Source: Octopus vulgaris (lineage: Eukaryota). From it: a stretch of DNA of 64,000 nt. Location: contig OX597816.1 in assembly GCA_951406725.2 (NCBI GenBank), forward strand, positions 68,820,001 to 68,884,000, in the 5' to 3' direction. Under the pieces are notes generated by a model. That model did no database searches, was not told the origin of the DNA, and saw only the letters and a program-made list of their open reading frames with translations. Within the stretch, counting starts at the first letter, position 1. Every line of letters starts with the position of its first letter. This document shows positions 13,798 to 24,654 of this stretch, piece after piece. Made by a program: the position numbers and the translations under genes.

Positions 13798-14119
13798 AGA
13801 TATCAAAAGAATGTTTATAACACTATTCCACATATGCAAAAACATAAATAAAAATCTCCTTAAGATATATCATTCTACAAAACTTAACGAATATAGAATA
13901 CGTAGAAGAGTAAACCATAACGTGTTTATAGAGTTATAAATAACATCAGAAATACAATAATATGATAAAATTTGTTTAATCATTGGAAACTCTTATATAA
14001 CGGCAATTGTTTCGCAGCTTAATATAATATCCCTGGATATTTTATTGTATTATATTTTATAAAAAGTGAATTTCTTATGTCTGCATTATTATTAACAATC
14101 TTTCAATTAATGAAGGCGT

Positions 14120-14265
14120 CTACTAAAAACCTTGATTCCCAACCGCAACGTTCTGGGTTCAGTTTCACTGAGTTGCACGTTCGGCGAGTGTTTATTTAAT
14201 ATAGCTTTGGGTCGACGAAAGCCTTGTGAGAAGATTTGGTAGATTGAAATCGAAAGAAGCCCGTG
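14120..14265 (+). mobile_element. SINE family A head, decayed
   Basis: ctgggttcagtttcactg...gccttgtgag...gatttggtaga...aaagaagcccg. Confidence 0.7.
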
Positions 14266-14337
14266 CGTCTCTATCTCTCCCTCCTTCTCTCCCTCTCCCC
14301 CTTTCTTTCTCCCTCTCTCCCTCTCCTCCCTCTCTCT

Positions 14338-14366
<29 letters not shown>

Positions 14367-14371
<5 letters not shown>

Positions 14372-14638
14372 GTAAAATAATGTGTGACAATTCGTCTGTA
14401 GCCAAGATAAAAATCTGGGTTTCGGATGCCGAGGTGGAAATCCACACCACCATCTCTTCGGTTATCTGGCCAGATAACCGAAGAGATGGTGGTGTGGATT
14501 TCCATCTCGGCATCCGAAACTCAGAGTTTTATCTTGGCTACAGAATAATTGTCACATATTATTTTACAGATAAATTCCTCTATTTACATAATATTGAGGT
14601 CTCTTTCTTTCTTTTGTTATCTTACCGTTTTTACCAAT
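14367..14638. mobile_element. Spacer-less palindrome of two back-to-back hammerhead motifs plus tail
   Basis: Palindrome 14367-14572 centred on TGG|CCA (14469/14470); plus strand 14472-14534 reads AGATAA-CCGAAGA-stem-GAAAC-TCAGA-GTT-TTATCT; mirror copy at 14405-14467. Confidence 0.75.
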
Positions 14639-14952
14639 ATATATATATATATGTATATATATGTCTTGTACTCTGTTTTTTCGTTGTTAAAAAAAGGCCG
14701 TTTCCATGTTTGTTTTTATGTTTTCGTTTCTCGTTGAGTTCTACATCTATTTGTGGTGTCCTGTACTCATATATATATATATATATATATGAATGTATAT
14801 ATACATGTAGATGTAGGTACGTACATATATGTATGCATATATCTTATTTATTAAATTAATTTACGACTGAGCGCCGTCGCGTCGTTTCGTTTCCTTTCTT
14901 TTCTCCAAGTAAGTTTTTATATATATATATTTTGTTTGTGTATGTGTATTTC

Positions 14953-15172
14953 TTATATTCTTTTACTTGTTTCAGTCATTTTTGTTGTGAACATGCTGGA
15001 GCACTGCCGTTTAGTCGAAGAAATCGACCCTTGGACTTATTCTTTGTAACCCTGGTACTCATTCTATCGATTACTTTTACCGGACCGCTAAGTTACAGGG
15101 ACGTAAACAGACCAATATCGGTTGCCAAGCTATATTGCGGGTGGTGGGGACAAACATAGACACAAGCGCACA
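14953..15172 (-). mobile_element. SINE family A 3' half
   Basis: rc of the family A tail. Confidence 0.8.
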
Positions 15173-16777
15173 AATATATACATATATATTTATTATATAT
15201 TTATTTTATATTTATTTTATATTTTATATTGTATTACTAATAATAGCATGTCTAAGAATTCTTTTCGATATATCAATATAATTTATATTGTAACTCATAA
15301 AGCAATCTTTATTATATTTTATGATATTTATTTTAATTTATCCATATTTATATCTCTGTTATAACTTTTATATCATTCTGTAAAGAAATATTTTATAAAA
15401 TTTTTATACTTTTTACATTTTATATTATTACATTTCTATGTATTATACCCTCTTATATATAGGTGTAGCTTCTACAGCTTATAAAGGGTTTTGCAGTTTA
15501 TAATTTATTTTCCTAAATCTCATAAAGCTCACTGTATAATACAATATTATATTTTTTTATATTTGTAATTACACATTATGCTTTATAAATATTTTATATT
15601 TATATATGATGTTTTTATACACTTGTATATCCTTTCATATACATTCGTAGTGTTTATAATTTATAAATATTTTTTGCCAATTTATAAGTTCTTTCTATAT
15701 AATTTACTGGATATTTAGTGTTTATATGCCCAAACCGGTTAAGGTTTTTATTATGATCTTCTAAACACTACGTTTAGGAAAAGCCTTAATAGCTTTTCTT
15801 ATATACTAAAGTATCCCATTATTGGTTTTAAATTTTCCCAATTTAATATGAATTTGCTAAGTTATAAATTACTACCTTCCATATCCCCCAATTCTAATTC
15901 CACACCGAAAGTTTATATTGCTTGTCGCTTTTGCTTTTCCATTGCATTCCCCTTTAATTTGATAATCCAAATAATTTTTGGCCACCGCATCATTCTTTCT
16001 TCCATTTATCAGACATTCGCTTCATTCTGACCCTACAACCTATATTTTTGTGTAGATAAAGCTACATATATGGCTCTAGTAGAGTGTATGACGTTGATTT
16101 ATCACCATCAACTAGAGTACAGTTGTCAAATTCCAAAGGAATTAATTCTAAATGGTTGCAGACTACAATCTACATAAAGTCTTTTAAATATATGTGACTA
16201 TATACCCTTCTTTATATCCAGACAGCCTACTATTTCCTCTGACACTCTCTAAATTATGGTAGGCTTGACATGATATGAATTATATTCTTAATTAATTCTG
16301 CCAAAAATATGACAGAAGAAACAATGTGAATATTTTGAGTTCCATTATTAATGTAAATACGTTTCAAAAATTGTTATACGCTTATGTATGAAGTGTATGC
16401 GGTCGTCTGACGAGAACAGCTTCTTTCAAATTGATGTAATGTTTCCTTTAATCAATTAAAGGAGCCGATTGGAACGGTCGAAATGAATTGACACCTGTAT
16501 ATCTTATGCATTTATATTCTCAGTTTACCGATCTTGGAATCTGCACTTCGGAATTAATATAGAAAATACCTTTATAAAAGTACATGTCTTAAATACCAAG
16601 GCCGGATATCTTCACTTAGCTGGGTTGCGTTGTCTGCACACATGGCAGGAATATCAGGTACACCCATGAACAGTGTCAAGATATTCACTATTTAGTTAAT
16701 ATTGTTTGGTTTTGCGGATTATACCGACTTAGCATGATGCCTCAATTGAATCATAATTATACATACATACACACGCG

Positions 16778-16822
<45 letters not shown>

Positions 16823-16879
16823 ATGAGTATACATATATATATACGATGCGCTTCTACTCAGTTTTCCTCTATTTTGTCT

Positions 16880-16912
<33 letters not shown>

Positions 16913-17114
16913 GAATATATGAGTGTATTTTTACCTTGTTAACAATTAACACGGAAAAAATAAATAAATAGTTACCATGGTAGCAAAAATCTCACAAGTA
17001 AAGAGGTTGTAACTCCTTGTTTATAAAGGTAGAAACTTCGTGTTTACGTGGAATATTTTGAATAATATATGAATAAATAAATGAAGTTTAACGCAGGTGT
17101 AAATCAAATATTTT

Positions 17115-17202
17115 TACTTTCAACATATGTTTCGAAAATTCCACTGATACTATTCAAAAGAATAAATGGTATAAACAATGCAGTCTTCTCTTCAGGAAAA
17201 TG
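17115..17202 (-). ncRNA. Type I hammerhead ribozyme motif (Penelope-like pLTR)
   Basis: Minus strand: ATTTTC-CTGAAGA-[GAAGACTGCATTG...CAGTGGAATTTTC]-GAAAC-ATAT-GTT-GAAAGT; 6-bp helix I, G10.1-C11.1 pair, palindromic loop 3. Confidence 0.72.
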
Positions 17203-17275
17203 AAAAAAACGAAACTCGTCAATAAGACATGTTAGCAAAATATGATGGATTTGTATAGCGATTGACTGAACGCAA

Positions 17276-17530
17276 TTAATCCCTAATTGTTGAGTAATGG
17301 ATAGATATTCTTTTAGATAACTCTAACGATGTGCTTCCAATGTAAAATCGTACTTTATTACGAGTACTGATTATACACTGGTATATAGACTTTTTAATCT
17401 TGGAGTTACTTGACGTAAACTTAATTCTATTGGAATTGACTCCAGATACAATAAACTTGTTATTAATATTTCTAGAGGGTTGGATGGCATTAGCTAAATT
17501 AATGTTAGTATTAGTAAATACTAACACCAT
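17276..17530 (-). pseudogene. GIY-YIG endonuclease remnant of a Penelope-like retroelement
   Basis: [31 protein letters not shown] matches GIY..YIG.T...L..R...H; lies upstream of a same-strand hammerhead; truncated by (TA)n. Confidence 0.7.
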
Positions 17531-17539
17531 TTATTTATT

Positions 17540-18012
<473 letters not shown>

Positions 18013-18013
18013 T

Positions 18014-18334
18014 TCGGAGACCCCCTTCGGTCACGACACAGACCATGGGATTGCACCTAGAAAGTTACCCTCCTAGACACAAGTCCGGGCGAGGTTGTTT
18101 ATGGAAGACCAGCAGTCGCCCATGCATACCAGCCTCCCCTCTCCACGCCACCAGTGTTATCCGAGGGAAAGCGAAAAGGGCCGATACAGCTTGGCACCTG
18201 TGACGTCGCAACTCATTTCTACAGCTGAGTGAACTGGAACAACGTGAAATAAAGTGTCTTGCTCAAGAACACAACACGCAGCTCACAACCTTACGATCGT
18301 AAGCTCGACGCTCTAACCACTGAGCCATGCGCCT

Positions 18335-18338
<4 letters not shown>
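18014..18338 (-). mobile_element. CORE-type tRNA SINE (family E head, alternative tail)
   Basis: Minus strand begins gaaggcgcatggctcagtggttagagcg (A box), followed by ttgtgttcttgagcaagacactttatttcacgttg. Confidence 0.8.
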
Positions 18339-18402
<64 letters not shown>

Positions 18403-18946
18403 GTGACGTATTTTTGCCATTTCAATATGGCTAACCCTTAAGGGTGGATGCTACTGTAGTTTTTAGCCCCAGGAGGACACACTCCTCCAGCTGGCCATAG
18501 ACACACTTTCTGTGTCCTGTCAGTATTTGCAAAGGAAAGTCATCCTTCCCGTCTTCAACTTATGATACACACGGACTCGAGTTTCGAGGTATTGACCTCT
18601 CGTCAGCGTGTGACAATCATAGTTGTCGGCGAGAATTAGATTTCCTTCACAAATACTTATACTTTTTCCAGCGTCCACTGTCGCTGATATTGAAAAAGTG
18701 AAATCAAACAATGATAAATATCAAAGTGAGTTATATACAGTAGCGGTAACACATCGTGACGTATTTTTGCCATTTCAATATGGCTAACCCCTAAGGGTGG
18801 ATGCTACTGTAGTTTTTAGCCCCAGGAGGACACACTCCTCCAGCTGGCCATAGACACACTTTCTGTGTCCTGTCAGTATTTGCAAAGGAAAGTCATCCTT
18901 CCCGTCTTCAACTTATGATACACACGGACTCGAGTTTCGAGGTATT
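18403..18946 (-). mobile_element. Retrozyme-like / pLTR partial tandem: 353-nt unit, 191-bp direct repeats, inside (TA)n
   Basis: 18403-18593 equals 18756-18946 with one mismatch; no coding capacity; the repeat junction cuts through a hammerhead. Confidence 0.8.
18568..18612 (-). ncRNA. Minimal type I hammerhead ribozyme, fully canonical
   Basis: Minus strand: CACACG-CTGACGA-GAGGT-CAAT-ACCTC-GAAAC-TCGA-GTC-CGTGTG; all three helices pair; GUC cleavage site between 18574 and 18573. Confidence 0.9.
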
Positions 18947-18971
18947 TATATATATACATATATATATATAC

Positions 18972-19022
<51 letters not shown>

Positions 19023-19027
19023 CATAT

Positions 19028-19100
<73 letters not shown>

Positions 19101-19176
19101 ATATCGATGAGATAGCAGTTTCAAAGTTTAATACATATATATATATATACATATATATATATATTTATATATATAC

Positions 19177-19312
<136 letters not shown>

Positions 19313-20269
19313 CATATCGATGAGATAGCAGTTTCAAAGTTTAATATGTTGCATTAAGAAATTTCTTTATTAATCCATTCTTTGTTTGGAGCAATAACGT
19401 TTTAATTTCCATACAAATTTCAAAATTATCTTAATGACATGTTTCGATGAAGACCTGTAGGTCGCCTATTGCTAGCGGGTTTGGGCAATTATTAATATGG
19501 CGTCATGCGAAAGATTGTCTAATTCTTAAAGTCACAATGCCCGGATATAAAATTGCTTAACGTATAAAGCCAGGTTATTCTGATGCTCAATTTAATGCTT
19601 GCTGATTTTCTGCTTGATCTTTTAACATAAATATACAATACGCAGCTATCATCCCAAGTTATAATGCAAGGTTGATAACTCTATGTAAAAATTTAAAAAA
19701 TAGATGATATCGCCATATTCTATATCGATTCATGAAGCTTCGTAGAAGAGAAGAAAATCTTAAGATTTTGTGTGAAATCTGTGTACAGAAATACGAAAAC
19801 AATGAGCGCCACTCCCATCCGACCACCACACGAATACGAATCATGTGAAATGAAATAAAGAACGAAACTAACTTGGAATGAAACGGTAAACAATTATAGG
19901 GCCGGTGGTGATATTTGTCTGTTGAAGTACGATAGAAAGGAATTCAGTGCAAACTATAAAAATGCGGTAACAACTGGATTCCATTACCACTTCTTTTAGG
20001 TCAGTATGCCGACAACGAAAATGTGAACACACATACCAAAGTTATTGTCTAAAGCATTAATAAAATGCTGGTCAAAAAGATTAAAGTGGTTTGGAAAAAC
20101 GTCATCCGCAGTTCAGTATGAAAACCTACATCGACAATGAAACAGCTGTAGAAGACTAGGATATCAGAGAAGCCACCTATACCTTTATATATGTCAATGA
20201 CATAAATCCCCTACTTCAAGGGGCCATGATACCACATGCCACGACAAAGCTTAACATTTAGACATGATG

Positions 20270-20640
20270 ATACCTGATGATACATGCTCTGAGGTCCAGG
20301 CAAATTTGCAGAAAGTGTATGGAGAGGAGCTTATAAAACACACAGGAGTGTATGAGTGGTTCAGACGCTTCCAAGATGGCTGACAAAAATGTCGCTATTG
20401 ACGAAGGTCCGGTGAGATCCGCAACCAGCAGAACTGCGAAAATCTTTACAGATGTGCGTGCAGCTGTAAGAGGAAATAGTCGAATCACCATACGTGAGTT
20501 ATTATATGATGTACAGATTAGTTACTATCCGGTTCAATCCATTAGCACTGAAAATTTGGATATTAGACGCGCGTCTACTTTCAACTGGCCAAAAAGACAC
20601 TCGAGCTTCCGTTATACAAAATCTTTATTGCGTCGAAAAC
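20270..20640 (+). pseudogene. Mariner-type transposase N-terminal (HTH) relic
   Basis: LQKVYGEELIKHTGVYEWFRRFQDG, then a frameshift to VRGNSRITIRELLYDVQISY. Confidence 0.7.
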
Positions 20641-20649
20641 TATGAACGG

Positions 20650-20934
20650 ATTTTGAAAACTTTACGTAGGCCTCTAAGCAGGTATCGCCAAGCTTTTTGG
20701 CAAGTTTTGAAGCACATTCTCTGCTCATCTTTCTCTGTCATGTTCAATGCGATGATCACACGCTACACACCTTCCTTCTAAGCACTGCTCTAAACAGCAG
20801 AAGTGAACTAGAACATTAAATCTCAGTGCACGTGCACAGCAGAATTCAAGTTCAGTCTGTGCCAAGCGGCTTCACTCAGTGTGCTTTAGCTTCGTTACTA
20901 TGGCAACAGTCCGGATACTTATTGATCAGACTAC

Positions 20935-20938
<4 letters not shown>
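20650..20938 (-). mobile_element. Mariner-type 5' end with TIR and transposase start
   Basis: Minus strand begins TA-CGTAGTCTGATCAATAAGTATCCGGACT and later encodes MTEKDEQRMCFKTCQK. Confidence 0.6.
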
Positions 20939-21001
<63 letters not shown>

Positions 21002-21419
21002 CGTGACTATCCCCCACCACCGTTTCACAACCGCTATTGACTTTTTTGAGTCCCCAGAACTTAGCATTTCACCAATGACAGATTAATTAATATCGGAAAT
21101 GATTTCTGTTCAACGAAATATGTGATTATACACTACGCAAAATAATGAGTAATTCTCACTCCTCATTCTATTCCAAACGTATATTATTCGGATTCTACAG
21201 GATACAGGAAGGAACATTTCTGCGAATCGACAATCGGAACCTCAATTCCGACATCTTTCATCACTTTGGGTGTTACGCATGAATCATCAGAGAAACATTT
21301 GCCTTCCTCATCCTCCATGATCTCTACATCTTTCTGCCTAGGCCTGATATGTTAAAGTTTTCTCAATTCGATTGGTATCCGTTCAATTATCTTATGGTTA
21401 AGTACAGTTCATAATCTCG

Positions 21420-21590
21420 CAACGTCCGGCAAAATGCTTAGCGGTCAAAATGCTTAGCTCTTCTTCACGTTCTGAGTTTAAATTCCGTCGAAGTCGACTT
21501 TGCATTTCATTCTTTAGGAGTCGATAAATTAAGTACCAGTCAAGTACTGCGGTCGATGTAATCGACTTACCACCTCCCTACAAATTTCAG
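21420..21590 (+). mobile_element. SINE family B, decayed
   Basis: cgttctgagtttaaattccgtcgaagtcgactttgcatttcat...gtcgataaattaagtaccag. Confidence 0.8.
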
Positions 21591-21594
21591 AAGC

Positions 21595-22227
21595 CGGCCC
21601 TGCCCAAGGTACGCCAAGAGCGATGTAACCGTTCTGCACGCCCTAATCCAGCACCCGAGTATTACTGACCTATGGGTTTATGTCGAATACTTGCTGTCAC
21701 GTGTGGGACGAATCCAGCCATCAGCTGAATCCATTGTGAAGATTGCACCTTCGTCCTCTTTTGCCCGGGAGGGGTAGGAAATTTTCATTTGTTTAGTGGC
21801 TGTATCGAAAGAGGTATCATGCTGGACCCGATTGAAAGGGCTAAAGACTGAAAGGGCTAATACTTTCGTCAACTTTTTCAAGTCTCACTTGGAAAGGAAG
21901 TTAAAGGTAGAGAGGCAAATGTTGCCTTGTAGCAAGTTTGTTGAAAGGTGGGTGAATGTTGGAAGAATGGCCAATGTTAAAGGACCCATTTTGAGCTTGC
22001 AGCTGTGAAAAAAGGAGAAGCGCTCTTACCCTGTTGTTCGGACACCCGTGGATTTTGTGAGTTTTTCCACGAGGACATTAAAACGCCTCCAATATTGGCA
22101 ATTTTTAATTTTTTCGTTTTTTTTATTACATTGTGTACACGCGAAAATCCATTATATCATCCGGTCTTTGACTTTAATATTGTCTTTTAATGTAATTTAT
22201 GCGAGCCCTTGCGGCTAATAAAAGAAT
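21595..22227 (+). mobile_element. L1/Tx1-type LINE 3' end (decayed CCHC region and 3' UTR)
   Basis: PCPRYAKSDVTVLHALIQHP...WTRLKGL...FFKSHLERKLKVERQML; homologous to 63430-64000; AATAAA then (TTC)n. Confidence 0.7.
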
Positions 22228-22319
22228 TTCTTCTTCTTCTTCTTCTTCTTCTTCTTCTTCTTCTTCTTCTTCTTCTTCTTCTTCTTCTCCTTCTTCTTCT
22301 CCTCCTCCACCTTATTATT

Positions 22320-22542
22320 ATTATATGCTTGACTTTTGCTTTGTATTTCTACAAGTTGGCTCACATTTCACCCAGAGAACTGTTAAGTTCACTTGTAAGG
22401 GCTATTAGGGCGAAGGTGAGTGACCTTGGTAAATGCAACAGTTGATATTAATATTGGTTGCAGTTAGTACTCCATTAGAGTGGTATAATTGGAGATTCGT
22501 ATTCCACGCTGACATGTGCTTCAGGAAGTTTGAAATCACAGG

Positions 22543-22545
<3 letters not shown>
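22320..22545 (-). pseudogene. Internally deleted R4/Dong-like LINE (RT fragment fused to a putative 3' UTR)
   Basis: NFLKHMSAWNTNLQL...ININCCIYQGHSPSP resembles the I.RGIFQGDSLSP RT motif; (TAA)n on both sides. Confidence 0.6.
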
Positions 22546-22594
<49 letters not shown>

Positions 22595-22825
22595 GTTATT
22601 ATTGTTATTATTGTTATTATTATTGTTATTATTGTTATTATTGTTGTTATTATTGTTATTATTGTTATTATTATTATTATTATTGTTATTATTGTTATTA
22701 TTGTTATTATTATTGTTATTATTGTTATTATTGTTGTTATTATTGTTATTATTACCATTATCATTATTATTATTCTTGCCGTTGCTTCTGCTGCTGTTGT
22801 TGTTTTTGTTGTTTTTTCTTCCTTT
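22546..22825. repeat. (TTA)n/(TTG)n compound microsatellite with higher-order 9-bp pattern
   Basis: Directly visible. Confidence 0.95.
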
Positions 22826-23830
22826 TATGCGTTCGATAAAATCACATGCCGGGCTACACGCAGCACCCAAGGGCAACTGATGCTTAAGAGATGATTAATG
22901 CAATGGAAAGCTTGGATTGGGAAACTAGTTGGACAATACATAAATACACTACACAACAATAAAACACACTACGCAACATTTAAGTCGATAGGGTTTTTTC
23001 GAAAGATATGGGTAGTCATTGCTAACACAATTTCTTTGATTTCTGCAACAGATGTGTCTCGTGGGTGTTTATGGAAATGTTTCTGACATCTTTTCTTTTA
23101 TCTATCAAAAGCACTTACAAGCTTCCAAATGCCACATTTTCTGTATTTCAATTTATAGATCTTTATATTTACTGAGCTTGTCAAATTCCTTGAAAAATAA
23201 TATTCTTTCCATTAGGGACATTATATATATCAAGTAACTAACATTTTCTTTCGTGTCTTTAAATATTACGTCTGATCGATTAACCTTGATAGTCAGTGTC
23301 GAGTGGTTAATCTCATGTTCTTTAACTACATACTCATACCAGGTTAGTACTTCCATATTTTCCAATGTAAATATTGTGCTCTCCAGTCATGGCGATTTTT
23401 ATATTTGTTTGATATTAGTACAAGGCTGACAAAAACGACGGTGAGCTATTTCATTAAATTTGCTGCAAAATCTGCATTTTGTGTTAGCACTGATTTGAAG
23501 AATATTTGCCACGTAATTTCTAGTAAACAGATTTTTTCCCTTGAGCAGCTCCAATGAAGGCTTCTGTCTCTGCTTTCAGTCCTGAAATCTGCAGGCATCG
23601 GTGGGTTGTTTTTCAGTCAATATCAGTATGTTGGTTTCGAAGTATATATTGACCCTGCAGGGACTTTTGGCTTCACTTGTCCTTATATTGCATTCGTCCA
23701 TTCATTTGAGCAGTTCATTTGATTCTTTTATTTGCTTGGAAACCATGGTTTCAGGTTTTTCGTCCAATTCAGGATTAATGTTAGGTTCCCTTACGAATTT
23801 AAACGTTTCCTTGACAACGGAGCAAGAAAT
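22826..23830 (-). pseudogene. R4/Dong-like LINE 3' part, decayed
   Basis: SGLKAETEAFIGAAQ, TRNYVANIL..NTKCRFC, TIKVNRSDVIFKD and KEFDKLSKYKDL across frameshifts; ends in (AAT/AAC)n. Confidence 0.75.
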
Positions 23831-24654
23831 TTTGCCGTTCACATATTCATACTCAAGTTGTAGCGTTAAGAACCTATTATATGAAGTGCAGAATAGACAA
23901 CACTACCGATAGTGACTAACGCAGTATGTGTGGTGAAACTTTTAACTCGCGGGCCACTAACTCGTGCACGTCTACTCTCTTGCCAGTTACGGCCGCATAA
24001 CTCGGGCCTCTACCTGGCGCCTTCTCCATCTTCCCACAATGGAGAACCAAACAACAATTACAGAATCAACAATGGTAACAATTTGAACAACAATGTCAAC
24101 AATTCGAATAATAATTCAATAAATATTTCAGCACTAACTCACGTAAAATATAATAACAACGCCCAAGGCACTACATAGTGTCAGTTCAGTTGGAAAAAAG
24201 TTCAGTTTTTCAGTCTCGATGAATAAGTGACCAAATAAAAACAGGCGGCGATTGTTTCTGGGCGGATGTAACCAACGTTTCTGTTCCTCGTTTTAATTTC
24301 TCGTCCTTCAACCAAAGCGAGCAGGCTTCACTTCCAACATTTTCGTTTTTCTGCATGAATTGGATGCACAGGTCCATTTCTTTTCACTTATTCATTCTGT
24401 TGTTCCTAATTTTTTCTTTCAAATTTTTCTCGTAATATTTCAGTTCTTTTCGAGTTTCTCTGGCTGCCAAAAGTATATTTCTCTATAGAACATAAATTTT
24501 CAGCCCCAGTATCGCAGTACCAACAGTGTCTTCCGCATTAAGTCATCCTCTACTACGTACCGTTCTTGGCAGATAGTCGGTCAGGTCGATTCTTCTTATT
24601 TCGTACTCCTTAGTGACTTTTGTACTCTTTAGTGAATTTATTATTGAACTAAAT

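Noticed and set aside
13047-13851. Long YI/IY, HT, LSIY, poly-N/I/L/Y ORFs here and throughout the window
   Set aside because: Translations of microsatellites with no coding signature
18403-18946. LTR/TRIM retrotransposon interpretation of the direct repeats
   Set aside because: No TG...CA ends, PBS, PPT or TSD seen; the repeat boundary cuts a hammerhead, which fits a partial tandem better
22546-22775. Regular repeat array as CRISPR-like
   Set aside because: No unique spacers; it is a compound trinucleotide microsatellite in eukaryotic DNA
23912-24178. GC-richer stretch and Asn-rich ORF as a possible LINE 5' end
   Set aside because: No diagnostic motif and no second copy in the window
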